Both the position numbers and the translations under genes were made by a program. The notes below the pieces were generated by a model. It searched no databases, was not told the origin of the DNA, and was given only the letters and a program-made list of their open reading frames with translations. From NCBI GenBank assembly GCA_027623995.1, contig JAQBUF010000006.1, positions 2,895 through 66,894 on the forward strand: a stretch of 64,000 nucleotides of DNA, given 5' to 3'. Shown here in pieces: positions 20,348-29,258 of this stretch. The DNA comes from Nitrospirota bacterium. GTDB lineage: Bacteria > Nitrospirota > Nitrospiria > Nitrospirales > UBA8639. Every line of letters begins with the position of its first letter. Position 1 is the stretch's first letter.

Positions 20348-21043
20348 ATGATCTACATCATCATGCCAACGTACAACGAGGAAAAGGCCCTTCCCTTTAC
20401 CCTGTCGGCACTTCTACAGGCACACGCACCGTATGAAGTCGTCATCGTCGATGGAGGAAGTACGGACCGCACCAAACATATTGCTCGCGGCACACCCAAT
20501 GTCACATTCCTCACGGCTCCCAAAGGACGTGCCTCACAGATGAATGCTGGAGCAGACTACGCGATCGAACTCAGTACGGATTCCAATGATTGGTTGTTAT
20601 TTCTTCACGCCGACACCATTCTTCCAGCCGAGAGCCTTCACCGACTCCAGGCCATGCGCGAAGATCTCTCTGTCCAGGCTGGAGGTTTCTTTCATCAGTT
20701 TTCCGGAAAGGATTGGCGACTGAGATTCATTTCTTGGTTGGATAACTTTCGATGCAAACATTCACGAGTCATCTACGGCGACCAAGCCCTCTTCGTGCGA
20801 CGTGGACTTTTTGAACGACTCGGAGGCTTTCCCAATCAACCCATCCTCGAAGATGTGGCCTTCTGCGAAAAAATCATCGCCCACACCACACCCATCCTCC
20901 TTAATCCCCCCGTCGTCACCGACTCCCGAAAATTCGTCCAAATGGGCATTTGGCGAAGCCTGGCACGGGTGTTCTTAATTATTATTAGTGTTGAATTTCG
21001 CCTGCCAGTCCTCACCCCTGCATTTTTCAGAGATATTCGTTGA
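20348..21043 (+). CDS. GT2 glycosyltransferase, TIGR04283 (rSAM/selenodomain-associated) type
   Basis: 'IIMPTYNEE', 'VIVDGGSTD.T', 'GRASQMNAGA', 'LLFLHADT', 'YGDQALFVRR..FE.LGGFP..PILED'. Confidence 0.85.
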   Translation: MIYIIMPTYNEEKALPFTLSALLQAHAPYEVVIVDGGSTDRTKHIARGTPNVTFLTAPKGRASQMNAGADYAIELSTDSNDWLLFLHADTILPAESLHRLQAMREDLSVQAGGFFHQFSGKDWRLRFISWLDNFRCKHSRVIYGDQALFVRRGLFERLGGFPNQPILEDVAFCEKIIAHTTPILLNPPVVTDSRKFVQMGIWRSLARVFLIIISVEFRLPVLTPAFFRDIR

Positions 21044-21097
21044 AAGAGTGTGGCATTTTAAAATTTGTAGAACAAAAAAAAATTAAAGAGTTTCATT

Positions 21098-22061
<964 letters not shown>

Positions 22062-22122
22062 CTACTGAGGGGTCAAGGGAAATCTTACAGAAACAACATG
22101 TTCGATTTTTTGATCATACAAG

Positions 22123-22935
22123 TTACACACGCCCGACATACCGCCCCAGTGTCGCCACAAATGGAAACTGCAACATCTTGAACAGATTCATGCAAACCGG
22201 GGGACCGAGATGCTCAAGGCCAATCTTCATCCCCAGTTGCCCTAAAGCCGGTTCCGCGTAATAGGTCCCAAATAGCCTGTCCCACCAAGGCACATTGAAT
22301 CCGTAGTTGCTGTTGGTCTCTCGGGGGTCAACAGAATGGTGGATACGATGCATGTCCGGGGTGACGATGAACCACCGAAGCACCCGGTCGAGGCTCACGG
22401 GCATCTGCACATTGCTGTGATTGAAGAGCGCCATGCTGTTCAGCATGATCTCGAAGATGACCACCGCCAATGGAGCCACCCCCAAGACGATGACTGCTGC
22501 CGCTTTAATTATCGTCGAGAGAATGATCTCGACCGGATGAAACCGCACTCCACTGGACACATCCAGGTCCAAATCCGAGTGATGCATCATGTGAAACCGC
22601 CAAAGAATTGGGACCAGATGAAATACCTGATGTTGCAGGTAGATGATGAGATCCAGCGCGAGCATCGCCAACCCAAATTCAAGCCAGCCCGGCCACTCAA
22701 CCCAATTGAACAGCCCCCAACCTCCCTCCTGCGCCATTGCTGCAGCCGCCGCGACGCCTCCCACAAATAACAATCGTGCGATGACCGTGTTCAAAATCAC
22801 AATGGTGAGATTTCCACCCCAGCGGCAGAGCTTCGACACCGTGAGTGGCCTACGTGGCGACAATAGTTCCCACGTGGCCATAATGCCGAGTACAGAGAAG
22901 TAGGAGGCCACCCGCACGAAATCTTCAGAACCCAT
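22123..22935 (-). CDS. Sterol desaturase/fatty-acid hydroxylase family membrane protein
   Basis: His boxes 'YLQHQVFH', 'WRFHMMHHSD', 'RFHPVE', 'FNHSN', 'TPDMHRIHH'. Confidence 0.9.
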   Translation of the reverse strand: MGSEDFVRVASYFSVLGIMATWELLSPRRPLTVSKLCRWGGNLTIVILNTVIARLLFVGGVAAAAAMAQEGGWGLFNWVEWPGWLEFGLAMLALDLIIYLQHQVFHLVPILWRFHMMHHSDLDLDVSSGVRFHPVEIILSTIIKAAAVIVLGVAPLAVVIFEIMLNSMALFNHSNVQMPVSLDRVLRWFIVTPDMHRIHHSVDPRETNSNYGFNVPWWDRLFGTYYAEPALGQLGMKIGLEHLGPPVCMNLFKMLQFPFVATLGRYVGRV

Positions 22936-23271
22936 AAATTGCTACCTTCCCTATCCCATCGCAACGTATTCAGATCATACAGGAATTGGAGTCACGCAGG
23001 CATAAAAAGATTCGAGCCACAGATCCTGGGAATTGGAATTTTAAACGGTTTTTGGGGCTGGACTGCAAATGACCAAAGACCCTGTTGCGGAATCAACCTT
23101 CGGACACTGCCGTCTGATCTACGGGAGCTCACCTTGCAAAAAGGGCCTGAGTGGCCCCTGGCCATGTAACAAGCCCAGCCATTCAACCTAGGTGGGATGG
23201 AGGCTGTAGAACTGGACAAAGAAAGCGTGGCGGCTCTAGCCCCCACGCTCATCCCTGACATCCGCTAAACT

Positions 23272-23766
23272 TCAATGTTTTGCAATTCTTTTTTCCACAA
23301 CATACGAACGGAGGTTCCCCACTTTGGTCAAGACTTCTTGGTGCTCAGGCTCAGGAACTTTGAAATGGTTGAGCGTACGATCCAAGTGATTGACGACGAT
23401 ATCAAACTCTTGATCGGTGATGCCTAATCCTTCATGAGTCACATCTAATGGACGGTTTATTTTCTTACAGGGCCCGCCCGTATTAAAGCACAAAAGGTTT
23501 TTGTTTTTTTGCCGTAGTTGATTTCGAGTATCCGTTCCCATTCCAACAAAATATCGACCGACGACTGGATCATCCCAGACTCTTTGAAGAAATTCGTCAA
23601 CAACTGCTGAGATGGCATCGTAACCACCAAGTCGATCGTAAAGGGTCTTTTGTTGACCTACGTTTCCACTTCCTTCCGTCCCAGCAAAGCAACTACCTAA
23701 GAACGGACTCAGCATCACAAAGAAAGCAAGTGCGGCCACCCTTACAACATACTGCCAGTTCTTCAT
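23272..23766 (-). CDS. Exported group I truncated hemoglobin
   Basis: Signal peptide; 'TLYDRLGGYDAI.AVVD.F', 'TGGP', proximal His 'VTHEGLGIT..EF.IV..HL..TL'. Confidence 0.88.
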   Translation of the reverse strand: MKNWQYVVRVAALAFFVMLSPFLGSCFAGTEGSGNVGQQKTLYDRLGGYDAISAVVDEFLQRVWDDPVVGRYFVGMGTDTRNQLRQKNKNLLCFNTGGPCKKINRPLDVTHEGLGITDQEFDIVVNHLDRTLNHFKVPEPEHQEVLTKVGNLRSYVVEKRIAKH

Positions 23767-23872
23767 TATTTCACTCCTTCTTAATTTGACTCATGACTTC
23801 CCGTTAATCCATTTTCGCCAAAGAGAGTAACGCTTCACCCAGGTTCCGAAGAATTTCTTGCACCCCTTCGCT

Positions 23873-24337
23873 CTAGCACTTCTGCCCGTTAAACACACAG
23901 GGCTTATATCGACTGACATCGAAATCAATTTCTTCTTGATACACCCGTTCATTGCCATTCACGCCATCCATAGCGGGATCGGTCCACATGGTATGATTCC
24001 ACCAATAAAACAACGGATGTTCCTGGTAATAATACACCGGATTTCCGTATTGACTGCGAACGTGTTGGACCACCATGCGACCGGAGACATAATCCATTTC
24101 CCCGTTCCCCTTTAACGAATAGAGGAACAGAAAGAGGTTGGATTCAAGATCATAAATTTCATCAATACGCTGGCTCTCCCCAGGTTCGTGCATGAGAGTG
24201 GGAGCAGTGGTCGCGTTGGAAACGAAACCGATCAGGCCTAACAAGAGAGAAAGGCCCAATAATATGAATCGATTATTCACGACCTCAACCCCCAAGACCA
24301 AACCACTGCATCCTATACCAGGGAGAGCATGACTCAC
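23873..24337 (-). CDS. Hypothetical exported protein
   Basis: Hydrophobic N-terminal segment, co-oriented in the cluster; C-terminal 'YKPC.FNGQ.C'. True start is probably downstream of the ORF start. Confidence 0.6.
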   Translation of the reverse strand: MSHALPGIGCSGLVLGVEVVNNRFILLGLSLLLGLIGFVSNATTAPTLMHEPGESQRIDEIYDLESNLFLFLYSLKGNGEMDYVSGRMVVQHVRSQYGNPVYYYQEHPLFYWWNHTMWTDPAMDGVNGNERVYQEEIDFDVSRYKPCVFNGQKC

Positions 24338-24363
24338 CAGCGTTCCAACATTGAATCCTGCCT

Positions 24364-24867
24364 CTACTTCACATCAATACTCATGATCACAAATTCCTTA
24401 TTCAGTTGTGATCCTTGATGTGGTTCTACATAGGTTCCGTCATAGTAGTACCATTGCAACGGTTTCATTTTCCCCAGTTCATGAGGATGACGCGGAAGTT
24501 TGGCCACATCGAGTCCATTGGCCACAAACGTGGCAGGGTTGATGAAATAGACTACATCCTCATGAGTCTGTTCTGGTGTCTGAGAGAAGTGGACCATATT
24601 GTGCTTGGTCACCGTCTCCAACATACACATTTCGCCACTGGCCTTGGTCGCATCAATAGGAACCATCTTGGAACCAGGAGCAATCATGTTCGCAATGGCG
24701 TTAATTTCCTTACGAGCATTCCCTTCTAACTTCAGCACAGGCCCATATTGCTCCTGCATTTCCGCAGTTGACGTATCAGCCACTGCCACAGACGGTGTTG
24801 TCCCCGTGCAGGCCCATGCTCCTAACACGCCAACGATAAGAGCCATCGACTTCCAATTCATCGTCAT
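24364..24867 (-). CDS. Hypothetical periplasmic protein with conserved-looking His/Cys/Met residues
   Basis: GGAGGG RBS, signal peptide, 'EMCMLE...HNMVHF', 'WYYYDG.YVEPH'. Confidence 0.7.
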   Translation of the reverse strand: MTMNWKSMALIVGVLGAWACTGTTPSVAVADTSTAEMQEQYGPVLKLEGNARKEINAIANMIAPGSKMVPIDATKASGEMCMLETVTKHNMVHFSQTPEQTHEDVVYFINPATFVANGLDVAKLPRHPHELGKMKPLQWYYYDGTYVEPHQGSQLNKEFVIMSIDVK

Positions 24868-25004
24868 AGCACCCTCCTTTGAGAAATATGAAATGAGTGA
24901 ATTAGCACCTTAATTACGCTGCTAATGAAGGTACGATACAAGGAGAGCACAAACCTTGGAATCCTCATTACTCGGAATATAAAGGTCGTCATTGTATGAT
25001 TCTC

Positions 25005-25024
25005 GTGTCGTATAACTACGACAC
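25005..25024. promoter_or_regulatory. Putative operator palindrome
   Basis: GTGTCGTA-TAAC-TACGACAC, ~140 bp upstream of the 24867 start. Confidence 0.35.
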
Positions 25025-25053
25025 AACTGAGAGGAGAATGGGAAATAACTACA

Positions 25054-26309
25054 GGGCACCTCTAAAAACATAAGATTTGGTTTGTTCGCCCCGTCATGGG
25101 CTGACTATTCAGGGAATCGGGGACCGAAGAGGGAAGGGGTTCGGGCTCCCGTCCTGCCTCTTTCCAACACCCGGACGTTCTGCGGGCCCCCTTGTCACCC
25201 GGCGAGCCTCGCTGCGGGGACCCTGAGCACGAGAACCCGCTGAAAAGTGGAGGTGAGATTCTTCAGCCCCATCTTCGCCTGAGCCCGCACCCGGCCAATG
25301 GTCCGAATCAGTTTGCCCCTCATCGCTGTGACCTGATGGCCAAAAACATGTTCGACACACGCGCGGATGTGCGCGCGGCCCCGGTTGCTTTCTTTCTGTC
25401 GGGCCGTTAGCGGTTTATCCCGATACCCTTTGTGTTGAATCCGCGAGCGTAACTGACGGCGCTTGAGCTGGGCTTCGATCTCGTGGGAGCGATAGGCGGC
25501 ATCGGCCCACACGTCACACCCGGCAGACTTGGGCCGCAAGATCTCTGCGAGGACTTGCCTGTCGTGCACCGCCGCATTGGTCCCGCTATATCGCCGGATC
25601 AGTTTATGGTGCTTCTCCACATTCACATGATTCTTATAGCCGTAGTGATTCACCCCGTGCTTGACCGTCCAGCGGGCCTGCGTATCCTTCTGTCGGCGTT
25701 TCGCCGGCTGGGCGTTCCATTTGGCCGGACAGTCGCCCGCTTTGATGGGGGTATTTTCCTCACGGGTATTGCGTTGGATGGGCACGGGAATCAGCGAGGC
25801 ATCAATCAGTTGCCCCGCGCGCGCCTGGAAGCCCTGGGCTGCCAAATACGTCTCAAATTGCGTGAAGAGCCTCTCGACGGCTCCCGCTTGGGCCAACGTC
25901 TCGCCAAACAGCCAGATGGTCTTGGCATCGGGAATCCGCTGATGCCGATCAAGGCCGAGGAACCGCATGAATGAGAGTCGGTCGCGAATCTGCGACTCCA
26001 TTTGTTCGTCCGACAAATTATAGAGGGCTTGCAACACCAGGACATTAAACATGAGGCCCGCAGCAAACGGGGGGCGCCCTCCTTTCGGCCGCTTGGAACG
26101 ACGCAAGCTCTTTTCCAGGGGCTTACGAAAGCGGGGCCAGGGAATATGTTGCGCGAGGGGTTCTAACGGATCTCCCTTCTGACTGAGGGCCTCGTAGCGG
26201 TGTGTGGATCAAAAAACCCAAGTTGGCCAGGTGTCGACATGAGCGTTCCTCCTTGAGAGGAAGTTATGCCAAAGTCAGTCGGAGTTGTCAGTAGTTTTGA
26301 GAGGTGCCC
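25054..26309 (-). mobile_element. IS5-family insertion sequence, 1256 bp
   Basis: TIRs GGGCACCTCTAAAAAC / GTTTTGAGAGGTGCCC and a 4-bp TSD TACA (25050-53, 26310-13). Confidence 0.92.
25195..26240 (-). pseudogene. IS5 transposase with a frameshift near codon 13
   Basis: ATG at 26240 gives MSTPGQLGFFD, then a frame change into RYEALSQKGDPL...; DDE motifs 'LIDAS', 'WADAAY', 'VEHVFG'. Confidence 0.85.
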
Positions 26310-26349
26310 TACAGGAAAAATTGCCAGAAGGATAGCTTTGAAAATCTCA

Positions 26350-27003
26350 TCAACTCATCAACCCATTTTGGCTGGCATAGATCGTTAAGTCTGCATTCGT
26401 TTTCATATTCATCTTCTCGAGAATGCGGGCGCGATGAGTACTGACCGTGGTCGTACTAATCGACAGTTCCTCGGCGATCTCTTTTAAGGGTTTCCCCAAG
26501 GCAATCATATGAAACACTTGAAACTCTCGATCCGAGAGGCATGCATGCAAGGGCTTCTCGAAATCTTTCCCAAAATCCAGCACCAAGCGTTCGGCTAGAC
26601 TTGGGCTGACAAATTTTCCGCCTTTGGCCACCCGTCGAATCGCTTCGACCAATTGATCAGGCGCACTGGTCTTGGTCAAATACCCCGAGGCCCCGGCTTT
26701 TAAAAAGCGCAGGCCAAATTGCTCTTCTGAATAAATGCTCAAAATAACGACAGGCAATCTGGGAAAGTGGGTTTTTAATTCACCTAACACTTCCCACCCG
26801 TTTTTTTGGGGCATTTCTACATCCATCACCACGACATCGATTTTCATCGCTCGAATCTTCTCAAGGACTTCAAGCCCTGTTTCTGCCTCGTCAACTACGA
26901 CAAGATCAGGCGTTTTTGACAAAATTTGCTTGAGACCTTGGCGGACAACGGCATGATCATCCGCGATCAAAACTCGAATGGCATTGCTGTTCACATCACT
27001 CAT
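26350..27003 (-). CDS. NarL/LuxR-family response regulator
   Basis: 'LIADDHAVVRQG', 'VMDVEMP', 'GYLTK', HTH 'LSDREFQVF..IA.G...KEIA.ELSIS..TV.THR.RI.EK'. Confidence 0.93.
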   Translation of the reverse strand: MSDVNSNAIRVLIADDHAVVRQGLKQILSKTPDLVVVDEAETGLEVLEKIRAMKIDVVVMDVEMPQKNGWEVLGELKTHFPRLPVVILSIYSEEQFGLRFLKAGASGYLTKTSAPDQLVEAIRRVAKGGKFVSPSLAERLVLDFGKDFEKPLHACLSDREFQVFHMIALGKPLKEIAEELSISTTTVSTHRARILEKMNMKTNADLTIYASQNGLMS

Positions 27004-27010
27004 TGTCTTA

Positions 27011-27553
27011 TCAAGCTTTCCACCTCGGGTAGGGCATCAAGAACCTCCGCGCAACACTTACGGCCCTAGGTGTTCCACAAATATATTTCTTCAGACTACT
27101 GATCAGTTGAAGCAGTTCTTGTTGCTCTTGCTCCCCCACTTTGAGAGTTTGGAGAGTATTGGTCAAATGCGTAACTGTGACGTGCCAATCCCTGTCGGTA
27201 ATACCTAACCCTCCATGCGCACGTGCCATGTCCCGATTAACAATCTTGCAGGGTCCACCAGTATTCTTGCACATCAACAGCTTATTCTTCTGACGTAACT
27301 GCTCTCTCGTGTCAGTACCCATGCCGACGAAGTACCGACCTACCTGAGGATCTGCAAACATCTTCTCCAAAAAATCATCAATGATCTGGGAAATCGTATC
27401 ATATCCACCAAGGCGCTCATACAAAGATTGCTGATCAGCGGCTTGGGTCACATACGGGTGAGTCAGCCCTCCATGGCCTCCTCCCAAAAACAGCAAGAGA
27501 GAGAGGCAACAAATGATGCGCGGCCAATGAAAGAACCATAGACGTCGTAACAT
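27011..27553 (-). CDS. Exported group I truncated hemoglobin, paralog 2 (likely +1 frameshift at the extreme C-terminus)
   Basis: 'SLYERLGGYDTI..IIDDF', 'NTGGPCK', 'RAHGGLGIT'. Removing one T near 27080 restores ...KKYIVEHLGP*. Confidence 0.85.
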   Translation of the reverse strand: MLRRLWFFHWPRIICCLSLLLFLGGGHGGLTHPYVTQAADQQSLYERLGGYDTISQIIDDFLEKMFADPQVGRYFVGMGTDTREQLRQKNKLLMCKNTGGPCKIVNRDMARAHGGLGITDRDWHVTVTHLTNTLQTLKVGEQEQQELLQLISSLKKYICGTPRAVSVARRFLMPYPRWKA

Positions 27554-27611
27554 CGCAACGCCTCCTTTTTATCATCAACGTTGAGTTCAATATAATTATT
27601 GGCTGACAGTT

Positions 27612-29126
27612 TCAGGATAACGGATACGGAATTTTTATGGAAACCTGGGTTCCTTCACCGACCATTCCTTTGATACTGACTTCCCCGCCCAAGGGCAACA
27701 CTCGTTCACGAATCCCGAGTAACCCTAAGGAATGGGAATTGAAAATTTTGTGGTTCTCTATACCTTCACCGTTATCGTTCACTTCCAGCAATACATGCCC
27801 ATTCCCTTGAAAAAATCGAACATCCACATGAGTGGCTTTGGCATGTCGAGCCACATTGGTTAACGCTTCTTGCAACACCCGAAAACAGGTGAGAGAACGT
27901 TCTGAATCTAACTCGCCTTTCTCCTGCTCCATCACTAAGTCACATTGAATTCCTGTGCGATCTTGAAATTCCTTTGTCTGCCACTCGATGGCCTCAGCAA
28001 GTCCAAACACATCCAAAACCTTGGGACGCAGCTCCAGACAGATTCGTTGGACCGTTTCCACCGTTTGATCAAGGAGATCGCTCATCGATTGAATTTTTTT
28101 ATGAAAGGTGTTCGAATCCCGAGAATCTTCATCTAAACACGAAAGATCCATTTTTAACGCGGTCAAAACTTGGCCTAGCTCATCATGGACTTCGCGCGCA
28201 ATGTTAGATTTCTCCTCTTCCCGGATGGACTGCAAGCGATGACTCAAGTCTCGCAATTCCCCACGGGAGACTCGTAAATGTTCTTCTACCTGTTTACGTT
28301 CAGTGATTTCCTTTTCCAAACCTTGGTGAGAGAGATGCAGCTTCACAAGCAAACGACGCTCCCTCTGCATAAAATAGACCGCAACTGATAGGAGCGATGC
28401 CATCAGCAATCCAAACATCAGGACGGCCATTGCCACAATCGACTGTTTGGGAATATCCAGATGTATCCACAATCCCAGGGAGATGGTCATCCCCCCAACA
28501 CCAACTAACACGGGCAGCCATGGTGGAGACCCGATTACTTTCTGTTTTTCGTTTTGCCAGGAAAAGGCGATCAATCCTATGGCCAGAATCCCAAATCCTC
28601 CAGGTTCATGCACAGCCATTCTGATAATCTGGCCCCACCCTTGTGTCGAATCCAGATCAATCAAGTGGGCAAATAACGCCACAGCGCCAAGGGCAAAAAT
28701 GAAAGCCCCCAACACTCCCGAGATCAGCGTGCCTTTGGCAGAGAGTTCATTGTTGGTGACCGCAAGGATCCCCATGCCCACAAGTAAAAAACTCAAAGCC
28801 GAATTGAGTGACAAACGGAAAGGATTCCCAAGCAGCTCCCATGGCACAACGAATGCCACAAAGGCCAATCCACCGAGAAGGCCTGTGAGAACCCCAACCA
28901 CTTTCGCTTCTTTCACCCTAAGAATATTTAAAAAAATTAACCCTAATCCACTCAATAGAAACCCAACCGCGCCCGTGATAGGCATAGGCACGAGAGAAGG
29001 ACGGATCTGAATGAGTGCAATATTATTCGTACCCCACGCGAACAACACAAACCCTCCCAGGATCATCAATACGACCCCACACAAAAGAGAAATTTTTGAA
29101 GAAGAAAAATTCATACTGTTTGCCAT
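27612..29126 (-). CDS. Membrane sensor histidine kinase (HisKA_3, UhpB/NarX-like)
   Basis: About 8 TM segments; 'IAREVHDELGQ.LT.LK', 'RVLQEALTNVARHA', 'DNGEG', 'GLLGIRER'. Confidence 0.9.
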   Translation of the reverse strand: MANSMNFSSSKISLLCGVVLMILGGFVLFAWGTNNIALIQIRPSLVPMPITGAVGFLLSGLGLIFLNILRVKEAKVVGVLTGLLGGLAFVAFVVPWELLGNPFRLSLNSALSFLLVGMGILAVTNNELSAKGTLISGVLGAFIFALGAVALFAHLIDLDSTQGWGQIIRMAVHEPGGFGILAIGLIAFSWQNEKQKVIGSPPWLPVLVGVGGMTISLGLWIHLDIPKQSIVAMAVLMFGLLMASLLSVAVYFMQRERRLLVKLHLSHQGLEKEITERKQVEEHLRVSRGELRDLSHRLQSIREEEKSNIAREVHDELGQVLTALKMDLSCLDEDSRDSNTFHKKIQSMSDLLDQTVETVQRICLELRPKVLDVFGLAEAIEWQTKEFQDRTGIQCDLVMEQEKGELDSERSLTCFRVLQEALTNVARHAKATHVDVRFFQGNGHVLLEVNDNGEGIENHKIFNSHSLGLLGIRERVLPLGGEVSIKGMVGEGTQVSIKIPYPLS

Positions 29127-29258
29127 GTACTCATGTCCAATTTCCCTGGTTATACCACGCAGAGACCACACGAGGACACACCGCTCTGGTCCAGAATAAA
29201 AAACCCATACCCTTTTGAACACCTTCCCCCTACCCTGCCATACTGTTAGAATTGTCCG

